DNA from: a virus
IMG/VR virus record: IMGVR_UViG_3300009506_000006
Coordinates: 40,171-104,170 of that record
DNA: 64,000 nucleotides
Reading direction: 5' to 3' (one strand)
Shown: positions 8,336-17,610 of the stretch, in pieces
How positions within the stretch are numbered: the first letter of the stretch is position 1
Layout: the number at the start of each line of letters is the position of its first letter
Position numbers and translations under genes: made by a program
Notes under the pieces: generated by a model
Seen by the model: only the letters and a program-made list of their open reading frames with translations
The model's database searches: none
What the model was told of the DNA's origin: nothing

Positions 8336-8710
8336 TTAATTGATACGCATATCAATATCCGGGACAATCGACTCCGGCTTGAAGATAATACGATACCTAT
8401 ATGCATCAGCGACAACCGGATCGATTTGCTCGGCAAAATAAGTCACGTTGTCTGACAACCCGAGAAAATGCTTTTTATAGCTGTCCGGCCCAGTCTTGCA
8501 TGTTACTGACAGCTCCCCATTCGGATCGTTGTTCCCAAGTGAGCATTTCCCTTCAATCACAAGCATGTAGTTACCGGTAATACCGTTGTAAAACACAATC
8601 CGCCGATTGACTTCAAACATATCGGCAGCTTTGGACAGATTGTGGGACGCTATGTCGGCATCGCTGCAGCTGCAAATTGCAATTAGGGCTATAAACATTA
8701 TCTTTTTCAT
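8336..8710 (-). CDS. Conserved phage lipoprotein-like protein
   Basis: Signal peptide with Cys, then SDADIASHNLSKAADMFEVNRRIVFYNGITG...YKKHFLGLSDNVTYF, a family I recognise from phages. Confidence 0.7.
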   Translation of the reverse strand: MKKIMFIALIAICSCSDADIASHNLSKAADMFEVNRRIVFYNGITGNYMLVIEGKCSLGNNDPNGELSVTCKTGPDSYKKHFLGLSDNVTYFAEQIDPVVADAYRYRIIFKPESIVPDIDMRIN

Positions 8711-8926
8711 GCCAAATTTTTCCCTTCACATAAAATTTTTGTTTGAAACAACTGATTTTTTTATTTTCCTTCAGTTGCCGGTAATACATCAACATACTTT
8801 TGACGATCGTATTGACACATCCAGCATTCGATTGGCTGTTTGAACGGCTTGTCTTTTTTGAGTCGGCTGTTATGCGGACAATTTAGCCAAAGACATTCAA
8901 TATCATAGTTGCTTGATGATTTCATG

Positions 8927-9133
8927 TCATTGCAATTGGTCCTTGGTTGGATATGTAAACGGCGCCTTGTCGACCAACCGATCGTTGTCGATCCAGAAAT
9001 ACTTTCCGCATATGATATTGCTGCATTGATACGGTCCATGCTGGGTGCTTTGCTTGTCGCCCCAGCCGGTCTTGACGATTTTGCCTGTACGACATTTTGG
9101 ACAAATCATGACAATTTCCTTTTGACACTCCAT
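8927..9133 (-). CDS. Small zinc-ribbon protein
   Basis: CPKC...CSNIIC. Confidence 0.5.
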   Translation of the reverse strand: MECQKEIVMICPKCRTGKIVKTGWGDKQSTQHGPYQCSNIICGKYFWIDNDRLVDKAPFTYPTKDQLQ

Positions 9134-9300
9134 GGCCCGGCTTCTTCGCTGTCCGGACTCAGAACCGTATAGTAACGGGTTCGATTGTAATATGTGCCAC
9201 CGCCATCCAAGACTTTAGCTATGGCTTCATTTTCATCGACCGCATCGATGAGCACATCCTGAATATGGACTTCTTTGGTACTGACAATAAACTGTGCCAT
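9106..9300 (-). CDS. Hypothetical protein
   Basis: GGGG RBS, co-directional. Confidence 0.6.
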   Translation of the reverse strand: MAQFIVSTKEVHIQDVLIDAVDENEAIAKVLDGGGTYYNRTRYYTVLSPDSEEAGPWSVKRKLS

Positions 9301-9313
9301 TTATTCCCCCTTA

Positions 9314-9892
9314 TTATGATTTTTTGGATTTCATCTGAGTTTTTTCAGTGTATCCAATCACACCTTCAAATTCTTTTGGCAGCGATTCGTCGTTATCAAC
9401 CCATTCCCGGATCAGTGCCGACAAACTCTGGTGGTTGACCTTTTCATTGACATAAATCTCACCATATCCAGCTGCTTTAAGAGCTGCTATCATATCGTCA
9501 TCAGTTACGCCGTCTTCCTTTTTAGCCCAGATTTGTGAATGTGAATATATCGTACGTCCGATGACGTTAGCGTACTTAATTCCGACACTGGCAAATTGTT
9601 CCTGCAGGATTGGGTCAATCACGGCCTTTCGTTTTTTAAGTATTTTTTCTTTGAAACTGATTGCATCCAATTCGGCATCGATTCTTGCGAATTCTCTAAG
9701 CAACTCGCTATCCAGATTTGGCACCGGTATATGGACGCTGGCATCAATTTTGGCTATCTCCTTCGCAAGCTCCGCGTCTATACGGGCAAACTCAGCCAGT
9801 AAATCAGTACTGAGCGGCGGTTGTTCACTATTGGCTTCTTCGGCATCCAGTCGATTGAGTTCATCGATAATATCGTCTATGTTGTCAGACAT
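9314..9892 (-). CDS. Phage protein typical of SSB/helicase clusters (gp33-like) with duplicated N-terminal helix
   Basis: C-terminal IAALKAAGYGEIYVNEKVNHQSLSALIREW; repeat LL(A/R)EFARIDAEL twice. Confidence 0.6.
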   Translation of the reverse strand: MSDNIDDIIDELNRLDAEEANSEQPPLSTDLLAEFARIDAELAKEIAKIDASVHIPVPNLDSELLREFARIDAELDAISFKEKILKKRKAVIDPILQEQFASVGIKYANVIGRTIYSHSQIWAKKEDGVTDDDMIAALKAAGYGEIYVNEKVNHQSLSALIREWVDNDESLPKEFEGVIGYTEKTQMKSKKS

Positions 9893-9894
9893 CG

Positions 9895-10152
9895 CTACTC
9901 CCTGTAAAAATAGTTTCGTTTTAACAACGCAAATTTAATTTCGCATGCCCGATCCTTATTGGACCCTGTCGAAAAGACACTTTGCTTGTTTTCGCAGCAG
10001 CCACGGATGTGTTCCCCACGCAGGTAGCCGCAATTGACGCATGTGTGATTGGAAAGCACATTCCATTGCTTCATCGGTATTTGTTGCAGATAATCCAAGT
10101 TACCGCTCATCTGATATTGGCGATACAGTTGCAGGGCTATGGCTTTGGTCAT
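9895..10152 (-). CDS. CCHC zinc-finger paralog family A, member 9 (start MTKAIAL)
   Basis: TCVNCGYLRGEHIRGCC and degenerate KFALLKRN. Confidence 0.65.
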   Translation of the reverse strand: MTKAIALQLYRQYQMSGNLDYLQQIPMKQWNVLSNHTCVNCGYLRGEHIRGCCENKQSVFSTGSNKDRACEIKFALLKRNYFYRE

Positions 10153-10372
10153 GATTTTGCTCCTGTACCAAAAATTGAACCCATGTTTTAAACGAAAAAA
10201 ATAGCTGAGAATCATCCGGATAAAGGCAATATGCAGGCCCTGTGTCAGGTCCGCAATGTCTTCCGAGTCTTTGATGACAGCGATCGCATATTGGCTGCTG
10301 GTCGTGTGTCCAGTAGCCCTCCCAGTATTTCTGGAGCAGCCAGCTGTGGTATGCTGCGGTAAGTTTGACCAT
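10100..10372 (-). CDS. CCHC zinc-finger paralog family A, member 10 (start MVKLTAA)
   Basis: ICDRCHQRLGRH...YC. Confidence 0.6.
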   Translation of the reverse strand: MVKLTAAYHSWLLQKYWEGYWTHDQQPICDRCHQRLGRHCGPDTGPAYCLYPDDSQLFFSFKTWVQFLVQEQNHDQSHSPATVSPISDER

Positions 10373-10373
10373 G

Positions 10374-11126
10374 TCAAGATTTCTTGAACGCATTGTCTAA
10401 GGTCATGACTTGGCCGTTCTGCAGCCGAACGCTGCGTCCTGCCAAGAATTTAGCATCAGTTGCTTGGCGCAGCTTGACGTGTGCCGCTTCGAGCGCTTCT
10501 TCGAGTGCCTTAATCTTCTCCTTGCAGATTTTCAGGCTGTCTTCTTTGTCAGTCAATTGCTGCTTGTAATGACGTATATCACGCTGCAGCTGTGATTCCC
10601 GACCGCTTTGAGTATATCGGACTTCTTTGAGATCGTCGGAAAGCCTGCGATTTTCGGCACGCAATGCATCGATAGTTTCGATTACGGCATTGCCCAGCTC
10701 TATGGCATTGAAAGTTGTCTGCTGCTCGGAATGGGTGCATGCGCACTCATGTTTGTTGCAATCGATTCGATCGACATTAAGAAGCTCGGCAGCTGTATCT
10801 GCAGTGTCCTGGAGCAGATCTTGCTTGAATTTCGGTCCGCGTTTTTTGTGTTTCAACTCTGTCTTGCCAAGCCATCGATAGACAGCTTTTCTGTTGCCTT
10901 TGGCTTCCGGATTGTCACGTTGGACCCAACCGCGTTTTTTGAGCAACGACAGACGATTTTCAATGGCTTTTTTGTTGTCGTCCTTAAAATGTTCGCAGAG
11001 TTCATTGAACGTGAATACCGGATCTTCGCGTGTTTCCAGATATCTAACCAGAAGATCTGAAGGAAAATTATGTACTGCGCGCATTGTCTTGTTCCTTTCT
11101 TTTAAGAGTTGGGTCCGGTGGAGCAA
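10374..11126 (-). CDS. Winged-helix DNA-binding protein with long coiled coil
   Basis: FTFNELCEHF...IENRLSLLKKRGWVQR...AVYRWLG followed by heptad-rich C-terminal half. Confidence 0.65.
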   Translation of the reverse strand: MLHRTQLLKERNKTMRAVHNFPSDLLVRYLETREDPVFTFNELCEHFKDDNKKAIENRLSLLKKRGWVQRDNPEAKGNRKAVYRWLGKTELKHKKRGPKFKQDLLQDTADTAAELLNVDRIDCNKHECACTHSEQQTTFNAIELGNAVIETIDALRAENRRLSDDLKEVRYTQSGRESQLQRDIRHYKQQLTDKEDSLKICKEKIKALEEALEAAHVKLRQATDAKFLAGRSVRLQNGQVMTLDNAFKKS

Positions 11127-11568
11127 TTACTCATTCAGGCGCCCGGACCCGTCGCACCCATAGGAGGGCAGCCCCGACAACCGCTTTTTACGGACGCGAA
11201 TCGGGAAAGCATGCTCCGCATCGCTCCTAACGGTAATGAATGAGATGATACAGTCTTTGGCGCCTGTATCATCGCTCGCGTCCAACCTCAGCTGTTGGGG
11301 GATAACTACAGCCAAGGATGACATTATTTCAATTTTCAACCAATCGAAACGGGATGGATAATAACCACAAACCAATACGCTGAATAATAATAAAGGAGGC
11401 ACATCCCTATTCCTTGAAGCTTGCTGATGTTTTTGCCAGGGGCCTGTGTCCACGTCAGTTAGGTCCACCATGAAGGTCGCCAATGTCGCCCTGGAACGCA
11501 CCTGCCATCTGGGTACTGGCATCAGTTTACTCCAAAAAACTTCGATTGGTTGAAAATTGAAACAATTA

Positions 11569-12978
11569 TTATTGTATCTCCGACAATACCGATTCAATAA
11601 CTTTGAACCTGCTCTTAAGTGCATACCAGGTCTTGACGTCAACAGTGCCTTTAGCGATCAGATGATAATAGAACACCTTGCGCATTTGCCCTGGCCGATG
11701 TGTACGTGCCAGGCTTTGTAAATATTGTCCCAGGCTAAAGCCCACAGAGAAATAAATGCAATACCTGGCTCGAGTTAAGTCAATGCCCTCGCCACCAGCT
11801 TGGATCTGCGCAACAAGCACATTGTACTTCCCGGCTTTCCAATCTGCCAATTCATTGTATCTCCCGGACACTTCAGCGCATGACCTGCCGATTGATTGGG
11901 CTGCAGTTTTGATGCGTTCAAGCTCATTCACGAAACGTGTGAAGATCACCACCGGCTCATCCAATGGCAAATCCTCGAGTATTTCCGTGCACAACTCAAT
12001 TTTAGAATTATCGATAACCAACTCGCGTCCGTCATCTAGTTTGGCAAACCCGCCAGCAAGCTGTGCCAACCTGAGCAACTTGACCAGGGCATTGTCCACG
12101 CTGATTTCGCCACCGGCTGCACGGGCATCCTGTACTTCCGCAATGAATTCCTGCTCGAGCTCACGGTATAGCGCCATGGTTTGGTCGTCCAGATCGCAAC
12201 GTCGTTCGATGTGCTGTGTTTCCGGCAAGTCCAGCACATCAGCTGCTTTGACACGGTATGCCATGGAATAAAACTTCTGATTAAGCTCTTCGATATTGGT
12301 GAACGCTACGACTTGTTTGTTTTCAAAACCGCCCATTATGCAGTATCGCTTGCGAAACAATTGAAACGATCGCCCGAAGATTGCGTCATTGAGCGCACGA
12401 TACTGAGCATAGACATCGATCAGGGATGACGGCATGGGAGTCCCTGAGAGCGCCAGACGATGTTTAGCTTTCTTGGCTATACGTGCTGCACCCCAACTGG
12501 CACGGCCGCCGGGTGCCTTGATTCTGTGGCATTCGTCAAGTATCAGCAAGTCCCAATCATACTGCATTAACACGCCAAGATCTTTAATGCGGTTTCGAAT
12601 ATGCGTAGGCCCGAGCGGCGGCCGCCAAAACGCATCGTAATTAAATACCGCCGCAATACGCTGATTGCGTACATTCGCCAGCTGCATAGCCTGCTGGAGT
12701 TCCGCGGTCTTGCGCGCTACCGTGCCTTTTGTTGGTGCAAACACATGGAACGGCTGGTGGCTGTGGAGATCGAACTGCTCCGGCCAAACATCGATGACTT
12801 TCTTGGGGCATAGGATCAGCACCTTGCTGGCGTTCCAACCATTAGCCATGTCGATTGCTGATTTTGATTTGCCGCAGCCCATTTCGAACGCCAAGTAGAA
12901 CGCGTACTTGTGAGCCGCCAGTTTCCAGGCCTCGACTTGATGGCTCCAGGGATCAGTCTTGGTTAGAGGATAATGCAT
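11569..12978 (-). CDS. SNF2-family (SF2) helicase
   Basis: FEMGCGKS, LILDECHRIK, LALSGTP, QSLARTHRPGQ. Confidence 0.95.
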   Translation of the reverse strand: MHYPLTKTDPWSHQVEAWKLAAHKYAFYLAFEMGCGKSKSAIDMANGWNASKVLILCPKKVIDVWPEQFDLHSHQPFHVFAPTKGTVARKTAELQQAMQLANVRNQRIAAVFNYDAFWRPPLGPTHIRNRIKDLGVLMQYDWDLLILDECHRIKAPGGRASWGAARIAKKAKHRLALSGTPMPSSLIDVYAQYRALNDAIFGRSFQLFRKRYCIMGGFENKQVVAFTNIEELNQKFYSMAYRVKAADVLDLPETQHIERRCDLDDQTMALYRELEQEFIAEVQDARAAGGEISVDNALVKLLRLAQLAGGFAKLDDGRELVIDNSKIELCTEILEDLPLDEPVVIFTRFVNELERIKTAAQSIGRSCAEVSGRYNELADWKAGKYNVLVAQIQAGGEGIDLTRARYCIYFSVGFSLGQYLQSLARTHRPGQMRKVFYYHLIAKGTVDVKTWYALKSRFKVIESVLSEIQ

Positions 12979-13035
12979 TCATTTTCTCGTAGATAGCAAC
13001 CATACTGTCGAAATATTCGCCAGTTGCTTTGTCCA

Positions 13036-13293
13036 TCATTTTTCCTCAAGTTCATGTTCTACTTGAATAATTAAATCACTCACCATGTCAAAGTTGTTGA
13101 TTTGCTGGTAAGCTTCTATGAACAACTTATCAACTTCCATGTTGTCAGGATCGTAAAGAAGATGTTTTAGATTTTCATTAACTCGAAACGCAATAGCATG
13201 CGTTCGAATTCTTTCAACTGGATCACTGATTTTTTTAAGACATTTTATGAAATCCTGAAGAGTTGCAAAATAGTACTGTTGTTTATCAATCAT
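13036..13293 (-). CDS. Hypothetical protein
   Basis: Packed co-directional ORF. Confidence 0.55.
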   Translation of the reverse strand: MIDKQQYYFATLQDFIKCLKKISDPVERIRTHAIAFRVNENLKHLLYDPDNMEVDKLFIEAYQQINNFDMVSDLIIQVEHELEEK

Positions 13294-13520
13294 ACCCGTT
13301 CCTTTTTAATATCACCGCAGTATTCGCATTGCAGTATATAATCGATAGCGCAAGGCCTTTCAATTGACTTGTCAAACTTCTCATGCTTCCAATGGATATA
13401 GACATTGTATGTCTGAATAGTTATCCATTTATGCGGACATTGCATAACTCGGGCTTGCCCACATTTTGTACAGTACTGGTAGCCCTTCTCAACTTTATCG
13501 TATTTGTGCCTGCAAAACAT
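13290..13520 (-). CDS. Small Cys/His-rich Zn-binding protein
   Basis: CRHKY...CTKCG...CPHKW...CEYCG. Confidence 0.6.
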   Translation of the reverse strand: MFCRHKYDKVEKGYQYCTKCGQARVMQCPHKWITIQTYNVYIHWKHEKFDKSIERPCAIDYILQCEYCGDIKKERV

Positions 13521-13522
13521 GG

Positions 13523-13738
13523 TTACAGCTTTTCAAGTTCGATCGTGATGGCCCTGATATATTTACCGTCTACGTATGCATCAACGGAACAGACGGGCCG
13601 GATGTTGATGATTTCAATGCCAGTTTCTTTGTAGAACTGCTCGATCATGGCATGGATGATATCTTCGAGGTTTTTTTTCTTATTCCTGATTTCTTGCAGT
13701 GTCATTGATGTAATCCAAACTCTTCGCGTTCCTGGCAC
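13523..13738 (-). CDS. Hypothetical protein
   Basis: Packed co-directional ORF. Confidence 0.5.
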   Translation of the reverse strand: MPGTRRVWITSMTLQEIRNKKKNLEDIIHAMIEQFYKETGIEIINIRPVCSVDAYVDGKYIRAITIELEKL

Positions 13739-14430
13739 ATGACTTCGTAAGCTGCTGTCAAAGTCGGATACAGCGTATTTTCCGCATGTTCGCCGGTCCA
13801 GTTCAGTAGCGTATATTGAATCTTGTCACCCTGCTGCGCTTGGTCGTCAAATCGAATGCTGGCGATTGACGCACAGATGATTTTTCTGCCATTGATAAAC
13901 CATACGGATTGCCCAAGACTGTACTTGATGTTTGGTAGTAAAGCGGAAACTGTAGCTTTGTCGTCCAAATTGTGCGTAGCGATAGCCGGAGTACCGAAAA
14001 AGTCAGAAGGATGTTCAGTGCATGGGATGCCGTGTTTTTGACAGGTTTCTTGAATGATCTTGGATTTCGAAGTCGTTGATTTGAGAACAACAGAGGCTGC
14101 TATTTCGAGACAATTCAGACTGATAAAATCAGCATATTCCTGTGTGGCAATAATCCCTGGAAACTGGCGATAGATCTGCTGCACAACCCATACTTGGTTT
14201 TCGAGACTCCAATCACTGATTTGATCAATAATCTTGGCCATGTCTTCGATCTTGGCACTTTCTTCAATCGATGGATACGGACAAAGACGTTCCATGTTGC
14301 GGCAAGACCAGGCGACGAACGCATTCGAACTCAGTGCTTCCGGACTATCTTCGTCAATTCGTCGCGCAATCCAGAGTTGATTCTTAAATTCTAAACTGTC
14401 CATTTTTTCGAATATTTCTTTCGCATCCAT
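13702..14430 (-). CDS. Hypothetical early protein with an internal repeat
   Basis: KMDSLEFKNQLWIARRI resembles QISDWSLENQVWVVQQI; first gene after cro. Confidence 0.7.
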   Translation of the reverse strand: MDAKEIFEKMDSLEFKNQLWIARRIDEDSPEALSSNAFVAWSCRNMERLCPYPSIEESAKIEDMAKIIDQISDWSLENQVWVVQQIYRQFPGIIATQEYADFISLNCLEIAASVVLKSTTSKSKIIQETCQKHGIPCTEHPSDFFGTPAIATHNLDDKATVSALLPNIKYSLGQSVWFINGRKIICASIASIRFDDQAQQGDKIQYTLLNWTGEHAENTLYPTLTAAYEVMCQEREEFGLHQ

Positions 14431-14500
14431 AATTAACTTCCTAACTTAGTAAAATTTATAGGAAAACCAATATCATTGATAAACAAATGTATTTTTTTTG

Positions 14501-14529
14501 TTGACATTCTTACGGACAGTGCGTAAGCT
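14501..14529 (+). promoter_or_regulatory. Sigma70-type promoter antisense to cro, pointing to cI (PRE-like position)
   Basis: TTGACA-17 bp-TAAGCT immediately past the cro stop codon. Confidence 0.6.
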
Positions 14530-14530
14530 T

Positions 14531-14773
14531 TCAAACAAGATCCATTTTTTTGGATTTCTTACTCACACCATTGTAAAACGTCGGATATAAAATGACGATT
14601 TTGCTGACTTCGCCGCCTGACCATTCCTCAATTTTTTCGGCAATAGCTTTGCCGCCAGCAGCGCCGTTAACCAATGAAGTCAAATACACACGCGAACATT
14701 TCAATTGCTCAGCGGCTTTGTGGTGGGTCAGATGTTTATCTTTTAGGTACTGCTTGAGGGTTTTCATTGACAT
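14531..14773 (-). CDS. Cro-like XRE helix-turn-helix regulator
   Basis: LKQYLKDKHLTHHKAAEQLKCSRVYLTSLVNG; divergent from repressor. Confidence 0.85.
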   Translation of the reverse strand: MSMKTLKQYLKDKHLTHHKAAEQLKCSRVYLTSLVNGAAGGKAIAEKIEEWSGGEVSKIVILYPTFYNGVSKKSKKMDLV

Positions 14774-14820
14774 GCACCAAGTCTCCAGAAATGTGTTGAT
14801 TGATTGGATAATCTTGGTCT

Positions 14821-14849
14821 GTCTTACTATGAGTAAGAATCTTTGTCAA
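14821..14849 (-). promoter_or_regulatory. Early lytic promoter with operator palindrome
   Basis: Minus strand TTGACA-17-TAAGAC; TCTTAC-TATGA-GTAAGA at 14822..14838 lies between the boxes. Confidence 0.75.
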
Positions 14850-14906
14850 GTTTTTTTTGACAATTTTCTCACTCAAAGAAATTGACTTTAAGAAAGGACT
14901 TAGGAT

Positions 14907-15326
14907 ATGAATACAACGCAATCGCTAATGGTCCATGATTTTCAAACCGGAAAGGCGCACAGTCGGATTGTGATTAAAAAACTTGGGAACTACCGTCATA
15001 TTCTTGGCAAAAAGATCCGTATCCTGCGCGAAATGGTTGAGATGACTCAAATGGACCTGGCAAACGCTTTGGGCTATACATCGACTGGCATGGTTAGCCA
15101 AATTGAAACTGGCGCTAAAGGTATGGATCCCGAAAAAATTATCAAAGCTGCCAAAATTTTTGGTGTGCACCCGTCTGTATTGATCTCTGATGTCGAGATG
15201 ACCCGGGAGGATGTGGAGATGTTCGTCAATTTGTCTATCATACTTAAATCTAAAGATAAAGCTATTCATTTTAGTGCAATTCGTGAATTACTTAAGTTAA
15301 GCGCTGACAAGACCAAGATAAAATGA
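14907..15326 (+). CDS. CI-like XRE repressor (no S24 peptidase domain)
   Basis: KIRILREMVEMTQMDLANALGYTSTGMVSQIETG...AKIFGV. Confidence 0.9.
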   Translation: MNTTQSLMVHDFQTGKAHSRIVIKKLGNYRHILGKKIRILREMVEMTQMDLANALGYTSTGMVSQIETGAKGMDPEKIIKAAKIFGVHPSVLISDVEMTREDVEMFVNLSIILKSKDKAIHFSAIRELLKLSADKTKIK

Positions 15327-15658
15327 TAATATGCTTTCTTAAATCAATTCTTTGCGGAGAGACTGGGTATGGAGACAAAATTAAATTGGAAGTTGGTTGA
15401 CATTATCCGCAACAAACACAAACACCCTGAACTGTATTATTGGACACAAATTAGACTGCGCATACTAGCCACGCTTTGTCTTGTCGAACGCAATCATGAG
15501 ACTGCTCATGCCAAGAAGACCAACGATCACTCTGTGAGCATGTTGACATCATGGTTTAATTTGTTTTTGGCGTTATCATGGTTACTGTTTGACGCAACTA
15601 ATTTGACGTTATTCTAAATTTTTTTTCTTGCTTTAAGTAAAGACTTGCGTATTTTTTT

Positions 15659-15919
15659 ATGTCTTCACATCTTACCGAAAGTAAGCGCTGGCTGAAGCTT
15701 AAGGACGCTATCAAGTATTCCGCCATCGGTCGTGATCGACTCAAGCAGCTTGCTCGCAACGGTGTGATCATTGGTTTTCATGACACAGACAATGCTAGAC
15801 ACGATTGGATTTTCGACCGGCTTTCTATCGACTCGTACAGGCTTACTCAGTATCACCTGCAGTCCACCATAACGACTCAAATAGCTAATGACATAGCGCT
15901 TGAAGTTTTGAATCGGTAA
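15659..15919 (+). CDS. Excisionase-like protein
   Basis: WLKLKDAIKYSAIGRDRLKQLARNG (MerR-like HTH) directly upstream of integrase. Confidence 0.75.
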   Translation: MSSHLTESKRWLKLKDAIKYSAIGRDRLKQLARNGVIIGFHDTDNARHDWIFDRLSIDSYRLTQYHLQSTITTQIANDIALEVLNR

Positions 15920-15923
15920 TGTT

Positions 15924-16916
15924 ATGGCTGAGACCATGAAACTCTATCGCTATTTCAATGGCTATTGGTATGTGCGCCGACCGGACGGAGCCCGCAAATC
16001 GCTCAAGACTCGTAATGCTGATGAAGCTACTCGCATTTACAAAGCCATGCAACGTGCTGTACTTCAAGGCAAGCTCACTGCCCTGGATTCTGAACGCCGT
16101 GTAACAATCGCGCAGCTGCAACCAGAATTTTTTGACAGCCGTGATGAACTATCCGCTGATACTGTGGCTGCTTACCGCCTGGCATTTAAACAGCTGGCTG
16201 AATTTTTCGGCGGATCCACCCTAATTTCGCGTATAACTGCACGACGTTTATCTGAATTCAAATATCTGTGCCGTGCTCGCGGTGTTACAGATGTTTCAAT
16301 TAACACCTATCTGCGCCATATTCGCAGTATTTTGAACTTTGCTTTTAACTGTGGTTATCTCAAAGACAAGGTATTGGTTCCGATAATTCCAATCGGTGTG
16401 CGTCACCCGCGAATTTTGACTCGGGACGAAATTGATCTGTTGTTATGTCATGCTGCACATTGCCGATCACACATGACACCGATCATTGCTTTTGCATTAT
16501 GGACTGGCTGCCGACGTTATGAAATCTGGTCTCTGTCATGGGAACGCGTGCGTAAAGGCTACTGCACTGTACTTGGCAAGGGACGCCGCGAGCGCACGAT
16601 TCCGTTGCTGCCGGGAGCTGTGGAAGCTATGGGCTCACACAAAGACATTGGCCCGGTATTTTGGCATCCGAACGATATCGACCGATATTCTAAGGAATTT
16701 AAGCGTTTGGCACGTGACTGCGAACTCGAAGGTGTGAGCTTCCACAAATTGCGCCACACCGCAGCCTGCAACATGTTGGCGGCCGGCGTGGAATTGCGTT
16801 ACGTGCAAGAGATGCTGGGACACAGCCAAGTAAACACAACTCAGATCTACGTGCAAGTCGTGCGCGATAAACTCAAAGAACAGCTGACTGAAAAATTTAC
16901 GGAATTTGTGCTTTAA
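15924..16916 (+). CDS. int: Tyrosine recombinase (phage integrase)
   Basis: TGCRRYEI (R), GKGRRER (K), FHKLRHT (HxxR), LGHS...TQIY (H, Y); N-terminal arm-binding region. Confidence 0.95.
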   Translation: MAETMKLYRYFNGYWYVRRPDGARKSLKTRNADEATRIYKAMQRAVLQGKLTALDSERRVTIAQLQPEFFDSRDELSADTVAAYRLAFKQLAEFFGGSTLISRITARRLSEFKYLCRARGVTDVSINTYLRHIRSILNFAFNCGYLKDKVLVPIIPIGVRHPRILTRDEIDLLLCHAAHCRSHMTPIIAFALWTGCRRYEIWSLSWERVRKGYCTVLGKGRRERTIPLLPGAVEAMGSHKDIGPVFWHPNDIDRYSKEFKRLARDCELEGVSFHKLRHTAACNMLAAGVELRYVQEMLGHSQVNTTQIYVQVVRDKLKEQLTEKFTEFVL

Positions 16917-16926
16917 ATATGCAATT

Positions 16927-17004
16927 TGGTGATCCTGGTGGGAATCGAACCCACGTTACCGGGATGAAAGCCCGACCTCCTTTCCAATTTGGATGCACAG
17001 GATC
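16927..17004 (-). tRNA. tRNA-Glu(UUC), atypical D arm
   Basis: GATCCTG/CAGGATC acceptor + A-CCA; anticodon arm TCGGG-CTTTCAT-CCCGG; T arm GTGGG-TTCGATT-CCCAC. Confidence 0.85.
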
Positions 17005-17013
17005 ATAAGACGT

Positions 17014-17097
17014 TGGTGGACGGGGGAGGAATTCGCACCTCCACAGCAAGCGCGGGGGATTTACAGTCCCTTGGGTTCACTCGTACCCAGCCCGTCC
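17014..17097 (-). tRNA. tRNA-Tyr(GUA)-like, non-canonical
   Basis: GGACGGG/CCCGTCC acceptor + A-CCA; anticodon loop CTGTAAA; long variable arm; 8-nt T loop TGCGAATT, C at position 8, D loop lacks GG. Confidence 0.65.
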
Positions 17098-17579
17098 AGT
17101 TGTTTTGAGTCGATCGTTGTCTGTTTCTTTGTACCAGCTGCAGTCGAGAAACTTAAATCACGTTCGTTATTCATTAAGTCAAAGCCGGATGCCATGCATT
17201 TGTAACCGTGCTCTTTGAGTAGATCGATGAGATCATCGTCCAGCTTTTCATTGGGCGGACCGTCATAATAGATATTAAGATCTTTCGTTTTGTCTGCATG
17301 CTGCATATTGGGCAGTGTTCGACCAAATGCTCCTATCTCATAGTCGCAATCACATCCTATTGCCTGCATGTCGCATATTGGACAGCGCTCGACATCACAT
17401 CCGGGATGATGTGGCATGCCGTGCTTGGCACCACAATCGTTGCACCGACCATTCGGCTCGTCGAAGTGATCCGTAGACCGCGGCACCCATTTTGAACGCT
17501 TGTTTTTTCTGGCATGCGTGTATAGACATCCGTCAGCTTTCAGCATGTCTTGTTTACAATACTGACAAATTGCTCCCAT
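17061..17579 (-). CDS. Cys/His-rich Zn-binding hypothetical protein; 3' end overlaps tRNA-Tyr
   Basis: CQYC, CNDCG, HHPGCDVERCPIC...CDC. Confidence 0.7.
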   Translation of the reverse strand: MGAICQYCKQDMLKADGCLYTHARKNKRSKWVPRSTDHFDEPNGRCNDCGAKHGMPHHPGCDVERCPICDMQAIGCDCDYEIGAFGRTLPNMQHADKTKDLNIYYDGPPNEKLDDDLIDLLKEHGYKCMASGFDLMNNERDLSFSTAAGTKKQTTIDSKQLDGLGTSEPKGL

Positions 17580-17610
17580 TGATTCTTACCTTTCATTTAG
17601 ACGATTTCAA

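Noticed and set aside
11127-11642. 171-aa ORF downstream of the SNF2 helicase
   Set aside because: Overlaps the helicase end, has atypical composition and no motif; some gene probably lies here but its start and frame are unsupported
15369-15617. 82-aa plus-strand ORF between cI and xis, and TTTGACG repeats at 15587-15610
   Set aside because: No recognisable motif or clear RBS; the repeats are too short to assign
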